DNA from: Vicugna vicugna
Lineage: Eukaryota
Direction: 5' to 3'
Assembly (NCBI GenBank): GCA_013265495.1
Contig: MU058636.1
Location: 2,170,001 to 2,234,000 of the forward strand
DNA: 64,000 nucleotides
How positions within the stretch are numbered: the first letter of the stretch is position 1; the number at the start of each line of letters is the position of its first letter. This document shows, piece by piece, positions 49,016 through 60,580 of this stretch. Both the position numbers and the translations under genes were made by a program. The notes beneath the pieces are model-generated. The model made no database searches. It saw only the letters and a program-made list of their open reading frames with translations, and was not told where the DNA came from.

Positions 49016-52000
49016 AAGATTTAAAAAAAGATGCCAGCATTTAAAAAGAAATTTTAGCACTGTAATAATGTCATTCAACAGATATTTGAACATATGTACT
49101 CTGTTTAAGAGAGATTCCTCTTATATACAAAATAGAAGAATGAAGAAATGTCAAGAATGAAGAAATGTAATATGAACACTGGGTTCTGTTCCTGGAGCCA
49201 CCGCTAGCCAGCTGTTGACCTTGAAAAAAAAAATCCCTCAACTGCCCTGGGTGGATATTCTCATCTCTGAAGCAGTAGACTGAGTCCATGAGGCTCCATC
49301 TAGGCTGCCAATCTATGTGTCTGTGAGAGGAGATCTAGGCTCTCAAGGAGCTGCCAATCAGGTAGGAGCGATAATCAGACATGGCTCACAGGCCTCCAGC
49401 TTCTCCAAGACTGATGGGAAATCCCCAGGAATTCTTGACCCCGCCCCTCGACATCCGCCCCAGCAGCAATGCAGGAAATCCAGTCCACTATCTTCAGCAG
49501 ACTCAATGGAACCATTTCCTTAATGAAACCACCCCCTGCCACCGCGGTCCCAGATACTAAGCCGGAGGCTTTCCTTTCAAGCCCTCCCTCCATTACCCCA
49601 TTCCTCCCGTTTCCTTCCCCTCCCTCAATCTGGTATAAAATCCAGCACTTTAATCAGCAGCGTGCAATTTCCAAGGCACCCAAGTGTGCGAGGGATCAGC
49701 AATGATCCTGGGAAGCATCTGGCAGGGGATCGTGTCATCCTTCACAAGCCTCACCAGTATACCGAGCCCAGTGGAATGGAATGGACTGTTCTATTAAATC
49801 ATTTAAGTCAAATGCAACAGATGCTTCTAACCATTCCTAATGACACATTTTTACTTAAAAAAAATAAGGTCTGGTGTTATTTCAAATGTCCTTCCTCCTC
49901 TGTCCACAGTGACAAATGCTCTGCAAAGTGATGATATTTACTTGATATCCAACAAACTCCTGACCGTGCAGCTGAACCAAGACCCTAACACCAGCCAGCT
50001 CTGCATTTAACACCCAAGTACCAAGAGAGCTTCTATCACTCTCTCTCCACTCTCATACTCACTCGAATACACGTCTCAATTTAAAGCGCCACAGAAACTA
50101 CTTACTCTGTTATTTGTCCTCACTTTGCAGAATTCCGAAGCCAGAGTAAACATCAGTCATAACTTTCCAATGGATTGAGTAACATTCCTCAAGGACACTG
50201 CATTTCTTTTCATAGATACAAAAGGAATTTTGGGGGCAATGTATCATTTTCAATTTCTATATTATGTACAGTCAAAGTAGATTTAGAATATCTCAATAGT
50301 TTCAGGAGGAACAAAGGGGTTATTTCATTGGTTCTAAAAAGTCGTAAAAAAGACTGAATTTTAAATAAAACGGTTAGTATCTTCGTTGAAATCTGAAACT
50401 CTTTTAGACTTAAGTTATTTGGGAATTCAAGTGAGCACTCATTAAAAAGAAAACAAGAAATGCACACGAGCATAAAATGAGTGGTATCCTTAGAAGAGAT
50501 GATGTAACTGGAGTTATAAAGTAGATTCTCCTTCATAGAGTTACACATTCTGTTAGTAAACAAAGCTCAAGATAACGTTTACTACTGGTGTGGGCAAACT
50601 CTTAACAATTTAGCTCTTACAACCCAATAAAGAGCAAGGAGATGGGGTGGAATCAGGTGCATTCCACTAGTGAAAGAACAAATAACACACTGATTACTGA
50701 GAGCAAGGGGAACCAGTTCATCCTTCCAGCCCCAACTCTGGCATCACTGGGTTATCATCCATCCCATATGCACTGCAGTTAGGGGTGGGCGGCAAAGAGA
50801 CACTCTGTCAGTCTATTTCTTGGAATCATTTATCGAATTTTTGAGTTGGAAAAGGCCCCTAGTAATAACCATCTTGCTAACGTCTGAATTTTACAAATGA
50901 ATACAAAACAAAAACTCCACTTAGTGCTCACTAGAAAAGAAACTGGATAGTCCACTAGAGAATTCTCAACAGGGAAAGGAAAAAACTTCATAAATAGATA
51001 CGGCTCCATCATTTGGAAAGCTACGTGGACGGCTATGTAATTAACATTTCAAAACACACAATTCCGAAAAACACAACAAAAAAACGGTGGCTTCATAAAC
51101 CTTGGGGAAAACAAAAACTGTTATACAGTAAAATGAGCTTAAGAGATTTGTGACATTCATTTTGGAAATGAGTATTTTCGTGTACATTTTGATTTAACCT
51201 TATGTTACTAATTAGACTTCCCTCACAAAATTTGCAAGTGGGGCATTTTCAGTGAGTTATAGCAAACTGTACGTGTCAGTTGCTCCAAAGTTCAAGAAAA
51301 ATGGGAGCAGACAAAAAGGGTCTGTGGCTTTAATCAAGGGTGTGGTGCCTTCAAAGTAAGAAAATGTGACTTTGAGCTGGAGAAAGGAAGGCTGGTATCC
51401 TTTTGAGAGGAAGAGACTGCAATACAGAGGTCTTGGAAGTATCTGAATTATTGACATCTTTTTATTTCCCAAGACATTTGGAAGATGGTAAATATACTCT
51501 TTATGGGGAAATGCATTATCTCTTTGTGTTACTGAACCTCTGATTATTTTATATCTCAGTGCACTGTGCATACACAGTATTAATAACACATAAATATTAT
51601 ATAGCACCCGACAGTGAGCAGACCTGGCCCGTGATGAGTGCATGTCGACTCCTTGTACAGGGCAGAAACTTGGCCCGTCTGTACTCCACCCCCCAGACAC
51701 GCAGCCCCTCCGTTGAGCCTGAAAGCTCTGAGGCAACTTAGAAAGCAGGTGGCTGACTGTTTCACGGGAGGCAGCAGTTAACTGATGGCAAAAGCCTGTG
51801 GTTTACAAAGGCTCCATTTGCAATTACAAACCCCAGCTGCTGATAGAACATTCCCTAAACCCGCAGGTGAAGGAGTTCTCACCTTGACAATGTTTTGTCT
51901 TGCTTTCTCCCTGTAACACACATGTAAAAAATTTCAAAATCGCAAAAGACTTCCAAGATTTCTGCCTCATTTAAGTAAAATAAAATCTAAGAGAATCCTA

Positions 52001-53659
52001 ACAGGATCTCATTGGCGTTTCTGAAAAGCTTCCACCGATCTTAAATTGCTCCTAAACCACGAACAGAACTAGACTTTGCTAGTTTTTGAAACAAAATAAA
52101 GATATATATGTGTGAAACAGAAAATCCAATAAAACATACTTTTCCCGCCATGTTTTTAATTCACGGTAATTTGCCGATATTTACTTTTACATAACAGACG
52201 GACATCAGCAAGTTATTTTGATGCTCTAAGCAATTATATTTCAAAATTAGTGACTTTTCAAACCCCAAAAGGTATTTTTGAAATAGAAAAGCCGTACTTC
52301 ATTTAACAGTTATTTTAACAACACTTCCAACTTAGAGCCAGCTCTCAGACGGTAGGTAGGACTTCGCCTTGCATCTCGGTAATTAGAACCATTACTTGTT
52401 TAGAAACGGATGGTCAAATTAGTCTTCCCACTGAGAAAGTATTATCTGTTACTGCCTTTTAACAAGTATTTTAAAAAATAAGCTCAACCCTACTGGCTTT
52501 CCCAAAGATCTTTGCAGAGACTTATTTTACGTTATTGTAAATTTCGTACTTTACCTTTCTTCCATGATGCTTAAAAGACAAGCGCCCCCAAATCTGGCTC
52601 TTTGCGCCCAGGTGGACTGAACTAGGGGGTTTGGCCATATAGCCCCGCTGAGCAGAATGGCAAGTCCCGGTCGCTAAGTGCCCTTGGGTTTTGGCGCCTC
52701 TGTGGGAGCTGCCTCCACTCTCATCGCAGTACCACCTCCGGGCCCCCGGCAGTTTTCCCTGCCGCCCGCGGACCTCACCGATTCCTCAAACCGCATCTTT
52801 TGGTCCAAATCGTTTGCCCTTTCTTTTCGCGGAATGTAAAGGCTAGAATTGCAATTCCGAAACTTAACGGTATTTGGGTCCTCGACTGCCTTCGTCGGTT
52901 AGGGTCATTCAGGTCGGCGACCTGGGCTGGACCAGCGGCAGGGGCTCCACTCGAGGGACGGCGGCAGCGCGCTCAGGCCCAGCGGTCGGCGAGCGGCGGG
53001 AAGGAGCGGCCGCTGGGGGAAGGTTCCCCACGGCAAGCGGGCTCGGGGGCCCGAAGTGGTCAAAGGTACAGCTCTTGCCATCTCCTGGGATCTGTGTGCT
53101 CCCACCAGGAACGCAATTCCCTCCAAGGGGGCTCACCTCCTTCCCTCAGGAGGCGCGACGTCGTGGCCAGTGCCCAACATCACCAACTGCGGGTCTCAGC
53201 CCAGCCCCGGGGCAGCCTCGCGGGCGTCCTAGGAGCAGCCGCTCTGGGGGCGCCGCGGACCCGGCCAGGCCGCCTGAGAGCAGGCTTTGGGAGACCGGCA
53301 GGTCCGAGTGCTCAGCGCTCTCGGAGCCCAGAGCCTGGGCGGAGAGACCGGACTTGGAGGAGGTCGCCAGGCAGAGAGGATCAGCGACTCCAGCCGCAAA
53401 GGGGCAGCCGCTGCGTAGACCCGAGAGCGGCGATGCTCGCCGACCCCTGCAAGCTGCTCTCCGAGGCGCCTACCCCGACCGCTTGGCGGAGGAGAAAGGG
53501 CGCCATGGCCGCAGGAGTGCCCACCGCAACTAGTGCCGCGGGTTCCCCGCGAGCTCCGCACGGCTGCAGCCCGCCCTCCCCACGCGCACCCGGAGCCCCG
53601 GGGCGTGCCCCTGCCACCCAGCCAGCCCGCGCCGGCTTCCCGCCCGGGCCGCGCCTCAC

Positions 53660-53723
53660 CTGTGAAAAGCAGACCGCCGAGCAGCGCGCACAGCAGGACC
53701 CCGGTGTCCCAGCAGCTGACCAT
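53660..53723 (-). CDS. FLT1: FLT1/VEGFR1 exon 1 coding part (signal peptide, MVSCWDTGVLLCALLGGLLFT+G)
   Basis: ATG at 53723 in strong Kozak context (CTCACCATGG); 64 nt followed by GTGAGG donor; peptide matches the VEGFR1 N-terminus MVS(Y/C)WDTGVLLCALL. Confidence 0.97.
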
Positions 53724-54046
53724 GGTGAGCGCGACGCGGCCTGCCCGCCCGGTGCCCGCGCTCCTCGCGGGCGCCCGCCGCAGCCGCTCGAGCCTGTCTC
53801 CTCTCGCGCCGCCGCCGCCGGCCCCGCGCTCCGGCCCTACGCCCCGAGCGCCCCTCTCCGCGGCTCCAGCCGGAAAGACAGCCACTTCCCCCCGGTAATC
53901 CTCGCAGCCCGGCGTCCTCTGGCCGTTGCGTTCCAGCTCCGGAGCCCGCTCCGAGCTGCTGCCGCTGCCGCCGCCGCCGCCGCCGCCGGGGAGGAGCCTT
54001 GAGGAGCGTCCGCCCGGCGCGCTCCGAGCCTCCAGCGGATCTCGAT
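53724..54046 (-). other. FLT1: FLT1 5'UTR (non-coding part of exon 1), inferred TSS ~54046
   Basis: Begins ATCGAGATCCGCTGGAGGCTCGGAGCGCG, ~30 nt downstream of the TATA box and similar to the human FLT1 mRNA start as I recall it; GC-rich, no upstream ATG. Confidence 0.75.
53955..53987 (-). repeat. Trinucleotide tract (GGC)7 AGC GGC AGC AGC in the FLT1 5'UTR
   Basis: 11 GCC/GCT units on the + strand. Confidence 0.95.
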
Positions 54047-54061
54047 TAAGAGGAGCCGAGG

Positions 54062-54128
54062 GCGGGGGCAATTTATAACCTTTCCCCCCACCCACTTCCT
54101 ACCCCGGCACCTCCTTCCAGTGACGTCA
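54062..54128 (-). promoter_or_regulatory. FLT1: FLT1 core promoter: CRE, ETS, TATA and GC/EGR1-like box
   Basis: Palindromic CRE TGACGTCA 54121-54128; ETS AGGAAGT 54094-54100(-); TATAAA 54072-54077(-); GCGGGGGCA 54062-54070(+). Order and spacing match the known FLT1 promoter layout. Confidence 0.9.
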
Positions 54129-54984
54129 AGGGGTCCCCCACCCCTCATCCGCCTCCCCAACTACCCTCTTCCTCCGGGACCTGATTCCCTCCAGCTCCGG
54201 AGGGGGAGGGGACCGCCGGGGGCGGGGGAGGGAGCGTGCATGGGGAGGCGCGGGCGGCGGGGCCCCGCAGGGCCGCCGGGCAGGTTCACGGCTCCTGCTC
54301 CCGGCTTCTGCCTCCTCCCCTCCCTCCTTCCTTTAGCTCTCAGGAAATCCTTGCAGTCTCCCTCCGCCCGGCTTACTCAGCCCTGGGGGCCGCCCGAAGC
54401 TGGGAAGGGGACAGGGCTGGACCTCCACCGCCCGGCCCCCGGGGCGGAAAGTCCGACCCTGGGAAGCTGGCTGCGCCTCCGCGACGGTGTCCTTGGCACG
54501 GAGGGGCGAGGCGCAGGCCGGCTCCCTCCCTTTCCTTGCTCTTCCCGCGTTGTCCCGCCGCCCCCCGACTCCCTGCGACTCTCCCCAGACGTCTAGGAAG
54601 GCGCCGGACACCCTTGGCACAGGGGACTGCGCCAAGAGCTCCCGCGGGGACCGGACGCTCGGCTGGCACCTTCGGGAAGAGAGCGAAGCCTCTCAGGTCC
54701 CTGGGGAGCGCGTCTGTGGCTTTTTCGGCCGCACATATGCACCCGCCCAAGTCATTTCCTAACCTCTCCGCTTCCTAGAAGCAAAACAAGCAATAACATC
54801 ATGATACCTTTTAAAGGGCTGAAGCATGAAGCTGGTCCTTCAACTTTTAAGGGCCGAGCACTTGAACTTTATTTTCTAAGTGCTCGGAAAGAATCTTTCT
54901 GGTGGCAGCTTGCTACGCAGAATGAGTGACTCCACTGCTCTTCGAACAAAACCAGGTGAAATTAACATGAGGCCCTAGATCTTT

Positions 54985-55030
54985 TGCGATGACACTAATT
55001 CCACCTTGTTCTCCAATTACGTCTCCATTA
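54985..55030 (-). promoter_or_regulatory. Orthologue of the FLT1 hypoxia-enhancer region (HRE core altered)
   Basis: Minus strand reads TAATGGAGACGTAATTGGAGAACAAGGTGGAATTAGTGTCATCGCA, ~960 bp upstream of the TSS; flanks match my recollection of the human FLT1 HRE region. Confidence 0.7.
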
Positions 55031-58000
55031 CCTCGAAGGCTGATACCGTCCTAGGCTCCACGGAGTAGCCAGTCTTGTCCCTGTAGATACTGCCGGTTTG
55101 AAAAATAGTTCTGTTAGAACCTGACGGATGGTCAGAATGTGATGGCTCCTAAAAACAGGGCCAGCGACTTTTACTGAAGGGCTGGACTGCCCCACGTTTG
55201 GGAAGGTTTAGGCAACTTGAAGTTGCCACACCTCTGGGCGGCACGGCGAGGACAGGTCGTCCCGCTGTGCGCCCCACGCGGGAAACATGCGTCTGCGCAC
55301 CTGGCGCTGGGGCCCGGGAGCCGCAACCCCACGCAGCTCAGATCAGGGGAAGACCACGTGGAGCTTTTGTGCGCCTGCAGGCTTCACCGCCTTTTTTTCT
55401 ATTTTTCCAGGGCTCCTCTCCACTCTCCCTGGCTCCTTTTCTCTACTACCCCAGACTTAATCTTGCAAAACCGGAGGATCATTCCGTGAACACTTGAGTA
55501 TGAATCTCAGGATTAGAGGCTGACAGCCCTGATCTTTCTCACAATCGGTCCCCCATCCTCAGTCATATCCTGGGACACACGCGCAGAGCCGAAATGTTCC
55601 ACTGCCTCACTTCAGAGCTGTCGTCACTCCGACGCTCTCTCCCAAGAAGAGGCTGTCAGCATCGCCCTTCGGCAGCCCCTCACAGAGCCAGACATTGTGT
55701 TGGGACCGAAACCATTGTGATGGGAAGATGTCTTCCAAGGGGCTTAGAATCTGGAAAGGAGGTTGACCATAAGCGCCCTGGCTGACGTTGCAGTACGAGG
55801 GTCACGGTGCTGGAGGGAGCTTGGGTCCAAGATAGGCAGAGAAGAGGCGGTCTGTAGTACAATCTACAAAAGTTTACTACAGCTCTTCAAATGCTATTTG
55901 AGCTACAACACTCCACATACCTGCTGCATGAATCTACATTGAGTTCATTTGTGAAGCCAGAACAGCTATATGGTGGACAGTTGAAACAATCTTCAGAGCC
56001 TCAGATGTCAAGCAACAACAGTAGCATATTGCTCAATTATTTAAGGTTAAAAGAGTCCTGGTTGAATCTAACTTTACACCAAAATCATTCTGCACTAAGA
56101 GTGATCCTCCACAAATTCCCCAACTGTTCTTTGGAAAAGTTGCAGGCTTCTAATTATAGTCAGCAATTGCTTTACTACTTTTTCTTTTGTTAACTGCATT
56201 AGCCTCCTTCACAAAAAACTCAAAATGCTAAAAGTTACAAGGTTTTGTTTGTGATTTCATTTAGCTCGCATAAATTTTAGCATTTAGGTAGATGACTATC
56301 TAAGCTAAAATGATGGGAAATAAAAGTATGATTCTCAACACTCCCCCTCCCTGCAAAAGAGATACGTTTGAATGAGAATGGGCTACAGCCCTCTTCTAAG
56401 TAAATCACTAACGAAAGGGGTTTTATAGATAATAGTGATGGAAAAGATCAATTTCAACGTGCTTAGTGGGTATAAAAAGCTATTGAAGTAGACTAGCTGC
56501 TTGCTTCCTGCTCCCATACAAAAGAACATTTCATCTCCTGCAAAACCAGACACTCTCTCTCGTTATCAGCTACAAACATTCTCTTGAGGATTCTTTCTAG
56601 TCCCTATTCAGAGGCACACTGTTGATAAAAACGAACAGCTTTAATATTCAAGAGTGAGAATAGTGTGGGCGCATCCGTGTGAGAGACAGAAGGGAACCCA
56701 GGGCCTCATCTTCCTACAGTGGACCAAGCGTGGAGCTGGTCAGCTTGCAGTCACTGGGGCTCAATCAGGACTTTGTTCCATGCACCCCCTTCTCTGTCCC
56801 CACACCAGGGGTTAGGTAGCTTCAGAGCAAAGAAAAACTGTAGTCCATGGCTCCATGCTGCATAGCATAAACACATAAGGTTGGGCACAAGAACCAAGTG
56901 ACTTTATAGAAGTCTTCCATGTTATGTGAAAAAACACTTCCTAGCGCATCTCCGTTTGACAGTTCAGGCTCCTAGCTCTAAGCAGCGCATGCTCACAGCT
57001 CCCGTGAGGCAGGCTCTGCTGAGCTCACCAGGCAGATGCACCTGTTCCCATTTCCAGATGCTGACAAGTTCTGGTGGCGTCCCTTGGGGGCCTGTGGGCG
57101 TGGACATGCTCCCTCTTGGCTCTTGCTTTAGCTCCACATGCTTCACCCAGCCCGTGACTACCTCCCTAGAGGCTGTGATGTAGACACTATACTTCTGTTA
57201 CTGCAGCCCTAGATCAAAGGAGCCCTTCCTGTTGGCTCCTTGGTACCCTGGATGCCTGTGGGACTTTTTCTCGAGTTAAAAGCCCTGAGGCTCTTTCACA
57301 GGAGCTGTGGTCTGGCTGTACTGGATTAGTCACAGCGTCTGACAACTCAAACTGCAGACCCTTATACACACTCTTATTAAACTTCTTGTTTGATTTAGTG
57401 CATCTTTCTGGCCTGTTGAAATCTTGCTCGTTTCCAGTTCTGCCGTTCAATGCATTTTCTGTATGACCTGCTTCAAATTATTTCAAAACTTTGAAAAATG
57501 TGCCTTCTGTAGTATCAAAATGATTGACGAGGGCAGAGCTGAATGAATGAATAAAGGAAGGGAGGAAGGAAGGAAAGAAGAAAAGAAGGAAGGAAGGGTG
57601 AGAGGGAGGGAGGAATCCGTAGAGGCTGAGTAAACCCAAGTATTCTTTGTGTCATTATCTCTAGATGTAGCTGCACCATTGGAGGCTGCACATTAGCTTA
57701 ACATTTACCATGTCATTATTCAGGGATAATTGATGGTCCTAGCAAGAGGAAACAAGACAGTTTAGTTTTATTCAAAATATTTTAGGAGCGTTTAAAAAAA
57801 AAGCCCAGACTGAGATCAACAGAGAAGACTGGGGCAGGAGAAAAGGCAAAACAGAGAAGGAACTAACTCCTGAAGGGAAAGCGGCTGGCCAAGGAAGTCT
57901 GCTCATCGTATTGATCATCTAACCAACAGAGGTAGCAGCTTTTCCCAAAGGTTAGTTTCATCTCAGCCTGGATCTGTCATTCCTGACTTCCTCTTCTTTT

Positions 58001-60318
58001 AAAGATATTACTTTTAATACACTGTTTTAGTGAGAAAACATTTTAGACAGATGAAAATGTTAAGTCTTTTTCCTATAGAGTGCTTTTTTTTCTGTTTCTA
58101 TATAGCTTTCATAATTATTGTGTTTAATTGCTATAAAATATTATCCTACTGCTGGACATTTCCATTTCACTGATATAAATAATTCCAAAATGAATTTAAT
58201 TTGACACTGGAATGTCTTTTAGTCCATTAGGCACATCCACAGACTCAGTACCCCTTCCTCTAATCCCCTTTCATACACACACCCCCCCCAAATACTCTTG
58301 TCTCACTGGAGACTTGCACCAGCTTCATCCAACAGAAACCTGGCTAAGTAATCAGAAGAAAAAAGTTCATGTCTTTTTGGTGCAGAATCCACAAAATGCA
58401 TTTGCTCATTCAGTAAACTTTTGTTTTTTGGTTTTTGGTTTTGTGTTTTTTGGGTGGGGGCACGGAAGCACAATCCTGGGTCAGTCTTGTTGAAATTAGT
58501 AGCACAGAAGATAGAATTATTGCCCTAGAAGGACTTAAAGTTTATTTGAGAAGGTGCACATTGAAACATTAGGAAACAGTTCTATGGCAATTAAAAGAGA
58601 ACAAGGTACAGGCGTAAGTACTAAAAGGAATTATTAATCACTGAATTGGGAACCGGATTGGAAGTTGTCAGCAGAGACGAGAAAGCATTCTGTGAAGGGG
58701 GCAAACCCAGGCAGCTATAGGGCTGGGGGAGAGCGTGGGGCAGAGGCAGCCAGTGGAGGAGGGAAGTTACCAGGGAACAGGAGGACAATTCTAGCAGATA
58801 AGACTGAGGGACCCTGACTCCTTGGTAGGTAAATTTAGATGTGTTTCATCCTACCAGCCCTAGGAAGGGATGGTTTAGGACGGTTAGACTGGCCTACAGG
58901 GGATGAAAGGGAAGTGAGACTGAGACGCAAGGAATAAAGTATTATGAAATAAATTTATGAAGAAACAAACTATTAAGAGGCGATAGGATGGGGCCAGGTC
59001 GGTGATGGGAAGAAGAGCACAAGAAGGCGGGGTGGCTCTGGCTAGTAGTTCAGGGAAGGGATGGGGAGAGAAATTCACTTTGAGGCTGAGGTGAGGGAGA
59101 GAGAGGAGCCCAGGAGGACGCCAAGGTTCCAAGGAGGACTCTAAGGCTGCTGAGCATAGCCAGGAGGGGAAGGGGGAGGGGAGAAGAGAGGGGAGGACTT
59201 GTTGGTTTCAGCCAGGCTGAGGTGAGAGGGCATTTGCAAGCACCCTACTTTATTTTCCTGCTGGAGCCAAGACAGGGTTTAAAGTGATAGTCTGGCTCAG
59301 GCCCAGATACTTTAAGGAAGTAGAAATTCATCATCAGACTGCTGTCCCCTAACGCTAGACCAAAATCTTCAACACAGAGAACGTGTGAGTTTTAGGTAAT
59401 GTCTGGGCTCTGATTAGGAAGTTTATGAAAAGCCACGAGTTGGATTTCCACCTCTGAGAAAGGAGAGGTGAGAGCAGCAGAGCTCACCACCTTCAGCCCT
59501 TCCTCCTTCCAAAGATCCCTGAGCTCCAGACAGAGCCTCCGGGCAGGTCTGCTGGCAGCTTGGGTGGAAGACCAACCCTTTCCTTCCTGCATCTCTTCCA
59601 GACTCCTCCCAGACGTACTTTTCATGCGTATCAGCAGCAGCAGCAGAAGTCATGGAGAAGCCCAGCCACTCTCTGCCCCAGACCACAGGCGCATCTGAAC
59701 CAGAAGTCAGCCGGAATGCAGGAACGCGGCCCCGGAACTTCCCAAGGTGCAAAATCTGGCATTTGTAAGAAAGATAGACCCCCAAGCTCACCTGATCCAA
59801 CTGTGGAGGGAAGAGTTCAGTATAATAAGTGGCTTTAGATTTCTTCTGTTGAAAAAATAATATTCCATGAAATCAACTTCTGACTATGCTAAGAATACTG
59901 CTTCCAATTATTCCCCGAAAGACACATCATAAGCTGCTTTCCACTAATTTTTAGACGCTAAATGCCTTTGCTTCTATAATTTTATAACAAAATTTCTTCA
60001 GAACACCTGCAAAAATATCAGAATCATTGCTTCATTTTTGGGCATATATCCCCTGTTTATCCACGTAAGAGAGAAAAGTTAATGTCAAGATATGGTAAAC
60101 AAATCTCAGTTTTAGACATAAAAGATATCAGTGTCCAAAGCATCAAGTCAAATGCTAGCGTAGTTTTTCTTGGTGCAATTTAAAACTCAGCCAAATCATA
60201 GTTCATTTAATTTTATTTAAAGAAAATATTTTATTTAAATAAAATTCCCTTTCTTCACACCCTGAAGTAATCAAAGAGTGATAACATGCCTGACACGTGC
60301 TTCAGAGTCATCCAAGAG

Positions 60319-60580
60319 GTTTACGTAAACTGGGAGTTCGAGATTTGCAGATACACACTACTGTATATAAAATAGATAAACAAATTTATACCGTGTAGCA
60401 CAGGGAACTATGCTCAATATCTTGTAGTGACCTATGACGGAAAAGAATATATGTATGTATATATGATGGAAACCTTATGCTGTACACCAGAAATTGACAC
60501 AACATTGTAAACTGACCATACTTCGATTAAAAAAAAAACCACTTTAAAACAACCTAAAAAACAAAAAAACAATCAAAAAA
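60319..60580 (+). mobile_element. Short L1 3' end upstream of FLT1
   Basis: Similar to the L1 3'UTR at 21215-21420; A-rich tail; degenerate TSD GA(G/A)T(C/T)ATCCAAGA. Confidence 0.85.

Larger units (their letters stand above)
52650..54760. promoter_or_regulatory. CpG island over promoter, exon 1 and start of intron 1
   Basis: Very high GC content and dense CpG compared with CpG-depleted flanks; boundaries estimated by eye. Confidence 0.9.

Noticed and set aside
52800..54002. 400-aa + strand ORF and other long overlapping ORFs at 52.8-54.8 kb
   Set aside because: They lie in the CpG island, where stop codons are rare; TTG start, low-complexity R/G/P/A composition, no recognisable domain, antisense to FLT1 exon 1.
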